From positions 12,388-76,387 of the IMG/VR virus record IMGVR_UViG_3300044797_000094: DNA of 64,000 nucleotides; one strand, written 5' to 3'. The translations under genes and the position numbers were made by a program. A model generated the notes under the pieces. It saw only the letters and a list, made by a program, of their open reading frames with translations, did no database searches and was not told where the DNA came from. Origin of the DNA: a virus. Position 1 is the first letter of the stretch, and the number at the start of each line of letters is the position of its first letter. Positions 38,413-48,057 of the stretch are shown here, piece after piece.

Positions 38413-40293
38413 ATGACGAGCACGAATAAAGGCGTCTTCTCGTATCCAGGTGTTTCACCGGTCGGCTGGCTGTCGTTCAGCTTCACCGACTGGGCCGGTA
38501 TCAGCCCAGCCATCGGCCTTTTGAAGATGGTGCCGCAACTTGGATTTCCAGATCTCAATGGAAACATTGTTCTCACATACAACAACACGACGGTCGTCCT
38601 GCAAAACTGTCATATCGATGCGATCTTTTTCGAACGTGGCAGCGGCGGAAAGATCCTCAACGTCCGTTTCTTCGACGAACGATGGGCCTGGAAGGACCGA
38701 TCGATCACGGGCAACTACAATTTCCTTCTACCGAATGGCTGGGTAGATCCGCTACATGAGGCCGATCCGCAGACCTTGGTGTCACTGTGCTTTCAGGCGC
38801 TGGGGGTCCAGAATTACGACGTGTCGGCTCTGCCGTTGGATGCGAGGCCGATCGTCGACTGGGACCACGCCAATGCGGCCGAGGCGGCGGCCGACATCTG
38901 CGATCAATTGGGCTGCCGGATCGTACCGCAGAGATCAACGGGAGCGTGGGTCGTCTGCTTCACTGGAGTTGGTAACACCCTGCCGAATAACTGGCCGTAT
39001 CGAGACCCGGGCGACGGAATCGATCCGCAGGAAGTTCCGGATTACATTAAAATCGTGTCGGCTCCGATCGACTATCAGATGGCTGTTCGCCTTGAGGCCG
39101 TCGGACGTGACCGAAATCTTGGATGGCAACGGATTGACTATCTGAAGTACGCGCCAGACCCGCACGGTGATAGCCCCTATGGATTCGATTTGGGCTCTGT
39201 CGACTTCGCGTCGCTTAATCCCAATCGATTTCGGCTACCAGATGGCACGGTGACCAGCGATCGAGAATTGGCGTTGCAGACGATCTGCAAATGTTTCCGG
39301 ATTCGTGATACATATCCGTTTCAATTCGCGGCGACGCCCACGAAGAAAAACCCGATACCCGATCCAACAAAAGCCACAATCACGGTCCCTGGGTATCCGA
39401 CAAAGGTCTTTCGAAAGCAGATGATTCTGAGCAATCGCTTGGTCACGACGTATGTCGACGCATGGAACGAGCAACACACCAGGCCGGCATTTATCAGCGG
39501 TCTGTTTTGGAGTCCAAATGGCATGTCGGCTGGCGGCAACTTTCCATTCGGAAAACGAATCGACTCGCAGGTTAAAAACTACGATCAGATCAGCGAGGAA
39601 GACCAGACGACGTTCAGTCTGTCTCTTGACGAAGTCGATTCAGACCGCTCAATCATCACCCTCTCCCAGGCGCTGCGGTACAACAAGAGCGTGAGCTTCC
39701 AGGATGTCGATATGGACGTGCCACAATTGTGGTTGACGTGCGCCGTGAATGTCCGCGATCTCTACACGTGGCAACCCGTCCGCAACGAGTTCTTTTATCA
39801 AATTGGAAACGGCACCGACACGACGTTTTGCCGAACCGTGATCCAGGAAGACGTCAAACCCTATTATGTCACGACGTATCTGCCGGAAGTTGACGCCAAC
39901 GGCGACTTGAAGTATTCCACTGTCGAGGGAAATAGCGGAAAGAACATCCCAGGAACCGTCGACAATAGCGATGAAGTGGCGGCGATGAGCCTCTATTACG
40001 CTCAGCAAATCGCACAAACCTACATCACGCAAAACACGTCCGAGAAAACGTATCTTGGAATTTTCCCTCTTGATATGGACGGAGCGGTCCAGCAAATCAG
40101 CTATTCAATCGGCGGTACAAATGGAGGAACAACGATGAGGGCGTCCCTGAATACCGAACATGATTGGCGGCTGCCGGGATATGACGAACGCCGACAGCGC
40201 GACGGACGGCACAATATCATCGAGAAAATGATTCTGCAAAAAGAAATCGGCTATCGACGAGCCCAGAGAGCACGTGGAGGCGTCGACACGTGA
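38413..40293 (+). CDS. Putative tail tip/hub protein
   Basis: 626 aa in the tail module. Confidence 0.55.
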   Translation: MTSTNKGVFSYPGVSPVGWLSFSFTDWAGISPAIGLLKMVPQLGFPDLNGNIVLTYNNTTVVLQNCHIDAIFFERGSGGKILNVRFFDERWAWKDRSITGNYNFLLPNGWVDPLHEADPQTLVSLCFQALGVQNYDVSALPLDARPIVDWDHANAAEAAADICDQLGCRIVPQRSTGAWVVCFTGVGNTLPNNWPYRDPGDGIDPQEVPDYIKIVSAPIDYQMAVRLEAVGRDRNLGWQRIDYLKYAPDPHGDSPYGFDLGSVDFASLNPNRFRLPDGTVTSDRELALQTICKCFRIRDTYPFQFAATPTKKNPIPDPTKATITVPGYPTKVFRKQMILSNRLVTTYVDAWNEQHTRPAFISGLFWSPNGMSAGGNFPFGKRIDSQVKNYDQISEEDQTTFSLSLDEVDSDRSIITLSQALRYNKSVSFQDVDMDVPQLWLTCAVNVRDLYTWQPVRNEFFYQIGNGTDTTFCRTVIQEDVKPYYVTTYLPEVDANGDLKYSTVEGNSGKNIPGTVDNSDEVAAMSLYYAQQIAQTYITQNTSEKTYLGIFPLDMDGAVQQISYSIGGTNGGTTMRASLNTEHDWRLPGYDERRQRDGRHNIIEKMILQKEIGYRRAQRARGGVDT

Positions 40294-41360
40294 GCGATCG
40301 CGATCCGCAAATCGGCGTACTCGTACAAAACGATTCCGGCTTGGATATTCCGCCAAGATCGGTCGTCGTGATCGATTGGGTGGAAATCACGCCGACGTAC
40401 GAGATGAATGAGTCGATCGCGATTCACCACATCGTGCGGTACACCGGTCAAGCGGGCAATCTTCTCGTTACCAGCAACTCCATACTCAAGGCTGGCCAGA
40501 CCAGTTCGTCAAGCAGCATTCAGGCCCCACCGTCGACGGCCTCCGCGTCTGACAGCTCGACGGGAATTGGATGGTGGAACCCCGCGAACTCCTATGGACG
40601 AGCCTTCGCGGATCAACGCATTTGCGTGGCTCTTGATCCAACCGTCGCGCCTCCATTGCCAGGCGAGGAATGGGGGCCGACTCCGAATCAATGGTACATC
40701 ACAAGAGGCGGAGTCGGATTTCAGTCGGATGGGTATCCGACCGGGGATGATGGGTCGGCGAGTTCGTCGACGATTTGGATACCGTCCGGGTCATCGTCGT
40801 ATTCGAGTTCTGGTTTCACATTTCCGTATGGGCAGTTCGATGTATTCTTTCGCGGAGCCACGGCATCCGGATCAGGAGGAGGAGGAGGAGGCGGGGGTGC
40901 GGGCGCCTATGGCGGTTGTCCAAACTGCTTTGTCTGTCCTGGGACGCCAACGATTTTTTCATGCGATGCAGCCCCGAGCGGGGCGTATCTTCAATATTTC
41001 ATTCAGAGCATCGATTGGGCGGACCCGTATAGCGTTTTTGCTCCTGATGGAACGATCACTATATGGTACGCGGTGGCCAGCGACTGCGGATCATCGGCAA
41101 GTGTTGGAAGTTCCGCATCAAGCAGCGGAAGCGGATGCATCTGGTACTCATGCCCGATCATTATTTGTCAAACTCCATCAAGCAGCTCGAGCTCGGGAAG
41201 CTCCAGTAGTTCGTCAACTTGCGGGACGTACCAATGGCAGATGGAGATCGTCACTATAACAGACGCATTTGGAAACTCAGTTCCGGCGATGCAGATGGTG
41301 CCGTTCTTTCTTTCCGGGACGGATTGGCTGCCGGACGGATTCTCGGAGACGCTCTCATGA
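40290..41360 (+). CDS. Tail fibre-like protein with poly-Ser/Gly tracts and a Cys-rich domain
   Basis: VQNDSGLDIPP N-terminus; several SSSSS tracts. Confidence 0.6.
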   Translation: MSDRDPQIGVLVQNDSGLDIPPRSVVVIDWVEITPTYEMNESIAIHHIVRYTGQAGNLLVTSNSILKAGQTSSSSSIQAPPSTASASDSSTGIGWWNPANSYGRAFADQRICVALDPTVAPPLPGEEWGPTPNQWYITRGGVGFQSDGYPTGDDGSASSSTIWIPSGSSSYSSSGFTFPYGQFDVFFRGATASGSGGGGGGGGAGAYGGCPNCFVCPGTPTIFSCDAAPSGAYLQYFIQSIDWADPYSVFAPDGTITIWYAVASDCGSSASVGSSASSSGSGCIWYSCPIIICQTPSSSSSSGSSSSSSTCGTYQWQMEIVTITDAFGNSVPAMQMVPFFLSGTDWLPDGFSETLS

Positions 41361-41530
41361 GGGTGCAGTCCCTTCAACCATTCAATCCATTATGTGGATC
41401 TAACGTCGTGTTTTTAAGACGAGAAACGCTGCCACAGCAAATGCCGGTGGCATGCATGACCTGCATCACCCCGTCGACGCCGCCGCCGGCGTCGTCCAGC
41501 AGCGACTCTTCAAGCGGCTCCAGCAGCTAA
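41357..41530 (+). CDS. 57-aa FxPLC mini-protein with Ser tail
   Basis: MRVQSLQPFNPLCGS...TLP...CMTC...SSSSDSSSGSSS; ATGA overlap. Confidence 0.6.
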   Translation: MRVQSLQPFNPLCGSNVVFLRRETLPQQMPVACMTCITPSTPPPASSSSDSSSGSSS

Positions 41531-41544
41531 AGCGGCGTCGGAAG

Positions 41545-42630
41545 ATGAAATTCATCAGTACAAAATTATTTGATCCGCTCTGTTCATCGACGTTATCGCT
41601 CGTCCGTGCCGACACTTTACCGCCGACAGTTTTAGGCGCTGGCTCAGGATGCATTTTCTGCCTCGGAGCCAATGGATCGCCCCCCTACCAACCATGTCAA
41701 GGTGACTCGTTTAATGTCAATTGCTGCTGTTCGTGTTTTAACGCTGAATGGCCTGGCGGAGGCGGCGATACGCCGAGCAACGCAGAACCGAGCGTTCCGA
41801 TTGGTTTTCAGAACTCCGTGACGCTTCTCGGCAGCGGACCGCCATACGTGACAGGCAGCACTGTCATAAACGACACGTGTGGTCAATATTACCGGCCCTT
41901 CACTTATGCACCGAACACGCCCTATTGGGGATACACAATCAATCCTGGTGGCATCGGCGATTGCCCATGCGTTTACAATCTTTCTGATGTTCCCACCGGA
42001 ATGGTCGCAACATTGTTTCAACAGCCAGACACGGTAGATTCTGATGGAAATCTCATCTGGGAACTCGGAATCCAATTCGCGACGTGTGGAAGTCTTGAAC
42101 CCACCTTCTGGCTGCATTATGCGTGCGACAAATTTTCCTGCAAAAAAGGAGGCGTCTTTATTTTCGATGGGCATCAAAGCGGTACGCTCTATGGCGGCGG
42201 AACTATTCCAGATCAGGTCACCGTCGTTCCGGCTACGTCATGCAATACGGAGTCATATGACGCGCTCGCGGGCGTCACATCGATCTCATGCACATTCGAT
42301 TCTACATTTGCCTCTTCTCCTTTTTATTCTCCGTGCCCAAATCCAATTACGGCTACAGGCGCATTCGGACCTGGTGGGTGGCAGGGGAATTGCGCAGCCA
42401 GGTTTGGAATAACAATCATCTGTGTTGCTGGTGGCATATACGTTTACGCAGGGTCCAATCCCAGTGGATTCGGGAACGAATTCGCGTATTATTATTCAAC
42501 AGATGTCTCAAATGGCATGACCCTCGACACGTCGAACATTTATCGCGTCCTGGATAACTATTATCCCGACTGCAACACGACGCTGCTGCCGAATACCATT
42601 ATTCCGTACTCAATCCAGTTGAATTGGTAA
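41545..42630 (+). CDS. Cys-rich tail fibre/receptor-binding-like protein with FxPLC N-terminus
   Basis: MKFISTKLFDPLCSS...TLP...CIFC. Confidence 0.6.
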   Translation: MKFISTKLFDPLCSSTLSLVRADTLPPTVLGAGSGCIFCLGANGSPPYQPCQGDSFNVNCCCSCFNAEWPGGGGDTPSNAEPSVPIGFQNSVTLLGSGPPYVTGSTVINDTCGQYYRPFTYAPNTPYWGYTINPGGIGDCPCVYNLSDVPTGMVATLFQQPDTVDSDGNLIWELGIQFATCGSLEPTFWLHYACDKFSCKKGGVFIFDGHQSGTLYGGGTIPDQVTVVPATSCNTESYDALAGVTSISCTFDSTFASSPFYSPCPNPITATGAFGPGGWQGNCAARFGITIICVAGGIYVYAGSNPSGFGNEFAYYYSTDVSNGMTLDTSNIYRVLDNYYPDCNTTLLPNTIIPYSIQLNW

Positions 42631-42633
42631 TCC

Positions 42634-42813
42634 ATGAGAATCGTGTCAGAGTCAGGATTCAGTCCTCTTTGCAACTCGCTCTTGATTGTGCAAGACCGGA
42701 GCACATTGCCGACGACGCCCTACGGACTAGGCGGACCATTATTTCCCGCCGGATGCTATATTTGTCTTGTTCCCGTTTCCACTTCAAGTAGCTCGGGAAG
42801 CAGCAGTTCATGA
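42634..42813 (+). CDS. 59-aa FxPLC mini-protein with Ser tail (not in ORF track)
   Basis: Manual translation MRIVSESGFSPLCNS...TLP...CYIC...STSSSSGSSSS; ATGA overlap with the glycosyltransferase. Confidence 0.65.
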   Translation: MRIVSESGFSPLCNSLLIVQDRSTLPTTPYGLGGPLFPAGCYICLVPVSTSSSSGSSSS

Positions 42814-43913
42814 ACCGCTATTTCGATCGCACAGTCGTCATTAATCTTCAGCGGCGTCCAGACAGACGGTCGCAGATTCTTGACGAATTCAAAAAAGGCT
42901 GGCCGTTCGCTGATCCGACGTTCTTCAACGCGATCGATGGCAGGAAACTTATGTGCCCCGTTGGATTCAACGAAGGAAACTTCGCATGGGCGTGTTTTCA
43001 GTCGTTTCGGAGAGTTGTGGAGTTGGCGGTCAATGATGGAATTGAATCGCTTTTGATCCTTGAAGATGACGCCGTTCTGTGCGAAAACTTCTCTGAAAAA
43101 GCCTCGGCGTTCATGGCCGACGTTCCCGAAGATTGGGACTTCGTCTGGTTCGGCGGCCATCACATGAACACTCCGAAATTCGTGAAGCCGGGTTACATGC
43201 AATCCGTCCACATGGATCGCAACCACGGATTCGGTGTGCGCGGCAAAGCATTGAAGGAACTCTATCGCTATTGGCATCAATGGCACGTCGGCCATTGCGA
43301 CTGGGCGATAAGCCAATGGGTTTCGAGGTGGCGTTCGTATTGCCCTGAAGGCGACTGGCTCATCGGCCAACGCGGCGGCTGGTCGGACATCAAATTCCAG
43401 AACAAGCCGCAGGAATGGTGGAACGCAAGCGGGTACGTTCCGCCGCCGATTCCGAATCCAATACGAAGCGGAATGCCATTTGTTCCGGGTCGTCGTCAAT
43501 TTGTTGGCAAAATTATTCCAGGGGTTGTGATCATGGAAGGCGTCGGAAGAGAAGTTGAAAAGATCCTGAAATCGTTCGGCGTGGCAATGCCGATATGCGG
43601 CGAGTGCAGGCTGTGGATCGATCGCATGAATAAATGGGGGCCAGATGGCTGCGAACAAAATCGCGAGGAGATCCTCAAGCGGCTCCGTCAACACGCGGTC
43701 GCACTGAACATCCGCGATAAATTGCGTATGGGAATCGGCGCGTTCTATACTGGTTTCTGGCGAAAGGTCCGCTGGTACGATCCCGCTCCCGGAATTCTTG
43801 ATGAGGCGATTCGAATTGTGAAAGAACGCGAATCCAAGATTGTGACGGATCAGGACTTCGTTTCGTCCATGCTGACGAAGGCCGGAGTTCCGATAGAACT
43901 TGCGGAGAAATGA
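42810..43913 (+). CDS. GT25-like glycosyltransferase with C-terminal Cys domain
   Basis: VINLQRRPDR, AIDG, ILEDDA, PEDWDFVWFGG. Confidence 0.8.
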   Translation: MNRYFDRTVVINLQRRPDRRSQILDEFKKGWPFADPTFFNAIDGRKLMCPVGFNEGNFAWACFQSFRRVVELAVNDGIESLLILEDDAVLCENFSEKASAFMADVPEDWDFVWFGGHHMNTPKFVKPGYMQSVHMDRNHGFGVRGKALKELYRYWHQWHVGHCDWAISQWVSRWRSYCPEGDWLIGQRGGWSDIKFQNKPQEWWNASGYVPPPIPNPIRSGMPFVPGRRQFVGKIIPGVVIMEGVGREVEKILKSFGVAMPICGECRLWIDRMNKWGPDGCEQNREEILKRLRQHAVALNIRDKLRMGIGAFYTGFWRKVRWYDPAPGILDEAIRIVKERESKIVTDQDFVSSMLTKAGVPIELAEK

Positions 43914-43920
43914 ACTGGCG

Positions 43921-44059
43921 TTGATTTTTTACTCACCTTCATTCATCATTCGTCTCGCAAGTCGAATCCAGCGACTTTACAATGAGAACGCACCGGATTT
44001 ATTTCCGTCGCGGCCCAAAGTGAACTGCTGGATTCAGTTTGCCGCGGGCTTTTTCTTTT
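43921..44059 (+). promoter_or_regulatory. Promoter plus kissing-loop attenuator-like leader
   Basis: TTGATT-N17-CATCAT; complementary hairpin loops AATCCAG and CTGGATT; CGCGGC/GCCGCG stem with T tract. Confidence 0.55.
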
Positions 44060-44448
44060 GATGGGCTCGCGTAACTGAGAAAAGAGGCCAGTTATGTTTC
44101 AGAGAACTTTGCACGTTAAAAGAACTCTGCGGGTTCAGCCCCGAATGGATGCGATTCAAATCTCTCGCAGTAAGCTCCGATCGACGAAAGGTATGTTCCG
44201 CATCATGCGGTTTTCCTGGGAACGGGTTGGTAGTTGATCCAACACAAGAGCGACGTCCAGGTCCATATCCGAAAGAAACAAAAACGACCACATTAAGTTG
44301 ACCGAAGCTTTTTACCATAGCACGCCTCTGATTGTGCGAGATCCTTTCTGGACGTTGGCGAAAGCCTTATTCGGAGGGGATGCTCTTTTGACTTGAGGCG
44401 AATCGCATGCAACAATCCTGACCGACATTTACTCATGAGGAGCTTGAT

Positions 44449-46092
44449 TTGGCTGATCTTCTGAATACTTTCCAGCGTGTTGTCGTCATCAATCTTTCCC
44501 GCCGCATCGACCGTAAGGAATCGGTCACGAAAGAACTGGCGAACTGGCCCTTTAAGCAGCCGATCTTCCAAGTCGGCGTCGACGGAGAAATGGTCACCGC
44601 TCCTGATGGATTCCGAGAAGGCAACAATGTCTGGGGTTGTCTGCAAAGCCACAGGCACGCCTTGGAAGACGCTCTGAACAACGATTGCGACTCATTGCTC
44701 GTCCTGGAGGACGACGTCGTCCTATGCCCCGATTTCAACGCCATGGCGGAACAGTTCATTTCTGAAATGCCGGAAGACTGGGAAATCTGCTTTCTTGGCG
44801 GCCACCATATGGTTTCTCCGATGGATCTGTCGGAAAACGTCGTCCGATGTGTTCAGATGGACCGCTGTCACGCTTATGCGCTGAAGGGACGCGGACTTCG
44901 GGAACTTTACCGATATTGGCACCAATGGCATCCAGGCCATTGTGACCACGCAATTTCGAAATGGGTCGCGGACTACAAAGCCTATGCGCCGAAAAGCTGG
45001 CTGATCGGCCAAAAAGGCGGCTACAGCGACATTCTGCGGGACAACGACGAGCAACTGTTGAAGGGCGAGGAATGGTGGAATCCGGGAACGCCAATTCCGT
45101 TAGACCGAGTCGCTCGATCGATCAACGATCTGCCCTGCAAATTTCGCGGAGAATTCGCTGGCGTTCGCGACGTTTATACGCCGATGTGGAAATGCTCCGA
45201 AGAATCGAACAAACTCGGCCTGACGACGTTCTGGCAGTACAAACTGGATCAGCCGGAATTCAATTGTTCGAGTTGCGATAAGCGACCGAGAACACCAGAG
45301 GAAATCCGGTTCGACGAAATCAAAATTGCATGGAAGAATCGCAAGGAAGTCAAAACATCGGAGAAGCCGATCCTGACGGCCGCTTTGCCCACAAGGGGCA
45401 GGGGCGAGCAATGCAAGAAATCAATCCAATCGTTCTACGAAACAACCAGGGGCCACGATCGGGAATGCGTCGTGGTAAGTCATCCAGACTCCGCCGTGCC
45501 GATTCTACGCGAAATGGAACTCCGTCAAGACCTGTATCCGGGACTGCGGGTGTTTGTTGAAGACACAGACGCGATCTCGGCATGGAACATCGCGTTCAAG
45601 CATTCGCGTGGGTTTTTCATTTCGATCTCGGACGATGACCTTGAATACGCATTTGGATGGTTTGAAGCACTATTAAAGAAGTGGGAAGGATACGGCGGAC
45701 CGGAGGTTGCGCTTCTGGGCCTGTGGGATCCAGACGCGCGCGTTCAACGCGGGGAATTGTTCACGAGGTCCGTCCTGACGAGGCCGTTTTGCATGACGGT
45801 CATGGGGGGCGTTCTTTGCGTGCCGTATGTCAAAAGGTGGTGGAACGATAACAGCACCACTCTCCTCGCGCGGAAGGCCAATTGTGCGTATCCGTGTTTT
45901 GAGGCGGTGATCAAGCATCATCAAGCGGCGCTCGGGCTTAGTGTCTGGGATGAAACAGCGGAGATCGGAAAACAACGCGGCATCAACGACCAGAGACTGT
46001 TTGAGGAATGGAAGGCGCGTGGAGCGAAGATTGAATGGAAGTCTATATTCGATGAAGCAAATCAAACACAGTTGACGGGAGCCGAGCGCTGA
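44449..46092 (+). CDS. Bifunctional glycosyltransferase (GT25-like plus GT2-like)
   Basis: VINLSRRIDR, CLQSH, VLEDD; second domain LPTRGR, AWN, SDDD, WWND. Confidence 0.8.
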   Translation: MADLLNTFQRVVVINLSRRIDRKESVTKELANWPFKQPIFQVGVDGEMVTAPDGFREGNNVWGCLQSHRHALEDALNNDCDSLLVLEDDVVLCPDFNAMAEQFISEMPEDWEICFLGGHHMVSPMDLSENVVRCVQMDRCHAYALKGRGLRELYRYWHQWHPGHCDHAISKWVADYKAYAPKSWLIGQKGGYSDILRDNDEQLLKGEEWWNPGTPIPLDRVARSINDLPCKFRGEFAGVRDVYTPMWKCSEESNKLGLTTFWQYKLDQPEFNCSSCDKRPRTPEEIRFDEIKIAWKNRKEVKTSEKPILTAALPTRGRGEQCKKSIQSFYETTRGHDRECVVVSHPDSAVPILREMELRQDLYPGLRVFVEDTDAISAWNIAFKHSRGFFISISDDDLEYAFGWFEALLKKWEGYGGPEVALLGLWDPDARVQRGELFTRSVLTRPFCMTVMGGVLCVPYVKRWWNDNSTTLLARKANCAYPCFEAVIKHHQAALGLSVWDETAEIGKQRGINDQRLFEEWKARGAKIEWKSIFDEANQTQLTGAER

Positions 46093-46391
46093 CGACAACC
46101 TTCTGCCTCGATTTCGACAATACATATACGAAAGACCCGATCATTTGGATGCTGTTCGTTCAGCGAGCGCAGCTCTTCGGTCATCGCGTAATTTGCATCA
46201 CGAGCCGGACAAATCCGAACAAGAGCCTTGTCACAGATGAATTGCCGTCCGGGGTCGATGCTTATTTTGCATTGAATGTTCCAAAGAAACAATTCGCCGA
46301 AACTCTTGGAATCAAAGTCGACGTCTGGATCGACGACGATCCAAAAACAATCGATCCGGCGAGTTATGAAGGGAGAATTGAAAATTCTTGA
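46089..46391 (+). CDS. Minimal HAD-family phosphatase-like protein
   Basis: LDFDNTY (upstream of the track start), ITSR, WIDDDP; probable CTG start. Confidence 0.65.
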   Translation: MTTTFCLDFDNTYTKDPIIWMLFVQRAQLFGHRVICITSRTNPNKSLVTDELPSGVDAYFALNVPKKQFAETLGIKVDVWIDDDPKTIDPASYEGRIENS

Positions 46392-46593
46392 AGTCATCGC
46401 CTGTGGTGAAAAGGTCTCGATCGGAGCCGATGGCCTAATTACCGGCACGATCACAGCATTCAGTTGCCGCTTCGGCAGGATTCAATACGAGGTCACGTGG
46501 TGGAGCGGAGCGGATCATAAAACCGAATGGCTTGAAGAATGTGAAGTCATCCCACAAACCCATGTCACAACGCGAATCGGCTTCAAGAGATGA
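46378..46593 (+). CDS. Hypothetical protein
   Basis: QYEVTWW...EWL...RIGF; GGGAG RBS. Confidence 0.55.
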   Translation: MKILEVIACGEKVSIGADGLITGTITAFSCRFGRIQYEVTWWSGADHKTEWLEECEVIPQTHVTTRIGFKR

Positions 46594-46603
46594 TCGGAAG
46601 TTA

Positions 46604-46753
46604 ATGAGAGGTCTAATTTTCGTATTCGGATGTTTGCTATTCTGGACGTGCGTCGGATGGTGCATCGAAGGGACTCTTGGCGGCGCTGTCGGCGGATTCA
46701 CGTTTGGACTCGGAGTTATGCTATTATTCGTCTTCTGCTTCGCCGGAAAGTGA
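46604..46753 (+). CDS. Small two-TM membrane protein
   Basis: Two hydrophobic stretches. Confidence 0.45.
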   Translation: MRGLIFVFGCLLFWTCVGWCIEGTLGGAVGGFTFGLGVMLLFVFCFAGK

Positions 46754-46940
46754 AATCCGATGTCCGCCAAGATGGCTCAGTCGCCGCCATGCAAAACATG
46801 CGGGAAGCTACCGAAAATGAATTGGAAATGGGACAACCGGATTTGCGAGTATCTGCCAGCGCCGATCAAATGCGCGTGCTACGATAAGCCAACCGAAAAC
46901 AGCCCGCGGACGACGTCGCCAGCGTTACCGAAGTGATTCG

Positions 46941-48056
46941 ATGCGTAAAAAGCTGCTCTTCATTTCGCGATACGTCCTTGACGAGCCGTGCGCAACCGGG
47001 CGAACGATCATTGACTTAATCCAATATTGCCAATCACTCAGCTTCAACGTCACCTTCCTGAATCTCGCAAGCTCGCCGTCATTCGATCTTGAGGCCGCGC
47101 TCACTTGCAATGTGATTTCCGCTGGACTGGGGACAAGATTTTACGACTCTCCATCGACAGACACGGAACGCGATTTCGTTCGCGACACATTTCAGCGGAT
47201 CGAACCGTCGATTGTGATCACGGACTATGCATGGACGGCGGGTAACTTTGATCTGCTGCCTGGATTTGTCGAAAAGATGATTCTCGTTCACGATCTCAGA
47301 ACGCGGATTGTTTCTGGCCTTGAATCGCACGGACATTCGCACGCTCATCATCCGTGGAACAAATCGACCGAGAGCTTTTATCTTCAGAAGGCCGACGCGA
47401 TTATCGTCCTGAATGAGGAAGATGCCGACGAATGCCGGGAAATGGCACAATTCGCGAACGTCCTTCAAATCGGACTGTCATCTGATTTGCGTTTCTCTGG
47501 TGGCTCCTCAGTCGTTCCGGGTCGCGTTCTTTACGTGGCGTCGAGCTTCGGAGCAAATAAGGAAGCGATCGAACGGTTCGTTATCGACTGCTGGCCAACG
47601 ATTCGGAATCGCATTCCAAACGCGACCCTCCACATCTGCGGCGGGGTGTCTGACAGAGTAAATGGCGAGATCGCGAGTGAGAGCAACGGCGTCTTTTTGA
47701 GAGGCCGTGTCGACGACATTGACACGGAACACATCGAAGCCGCGGTCTGCATTGTGCCAATTCGTCACGTCGGCACGAAACGCAAATTTGCGGATGCGTT
47801 GGCACACGGAAAAGCTGTCGTCTCAACGAAAGTCGGCATCGATGGATTTCCGGAAGCGTATGAAAAATGTGCCTTAATCGCTGACGATATCGGCGAACAG
47901 TTTGCGGATCATGTGGCCAATGTGTTATCGTCCGACGAACTTCGGCACTCATTGGAAAACGAAGCGAGAGCATTGGCGGAGAAGCGGCTTCCGCCTGAAA
48001 ATGCCTACAGGAACCTCGTCGAACATTTCAAAATGAAAAGCCTTTTGGAAACATAG
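46941..48056 (+). CDS. GT4-like (GT-B) glycosyltransferase
   Basis: LVHDL, LRGRVDD, IVPI..GTKRKFADALAHGKAVVST. Confidence 0.8.
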   Translation: MRKKLLFISRYVLDEPCATGRTIIDLIQYCQSLSFNVTFLNLASSPSFDLEAALTCNVISAGLGTRFYDSPSTDTERDFVRDTFQRIEPSIVITDYAWTAGNFDLLPGFVEKMILVHDLRTRIVSGLESHGHSHAHHPWNKSTESFYLQKADAIIVLNEEDADECREMAQFANVLQIGLSSDLRFSGGSSVVPGRVLYVASSFGANKEAIERFVIDCWPTIRNRIPNATLHICGGVSDRVNGEIASESNGVFLRGRVDDIDTEHIEAAVCIVPIRHVGTKRKFADALAHGKAVVSTKVGIDGFPEAYEKCALIADDIGEQFADHVANVLSSDELRHSLENEARALAEKRLPPENAYRNLVEHFKMKSLLET

Positions 48057-48057
48057 A

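Noticed and set aside
40290-42813. Diversity-generating retroelement or invertible tail-fibre cassette
   Set aside because: No reverse transcriptase or invertase; the modules resemble each other only at protein level and share one orientation.
40408-43694. Long alternative ORFs 40408..41259 (+) and 42756..43694 (-)
   Set aside because: Shadow frames of better-supported genes, with no recognisable motifs.
44060-44440. Remnant HNH gene after the attenuator
   Set aside because: Only a vague resemblance in one frame; cannot be supported.
46604-46753. Holin
   Set aside because: Two TM segments, but no recognisable endolysin nearby; left as a membrane protein.
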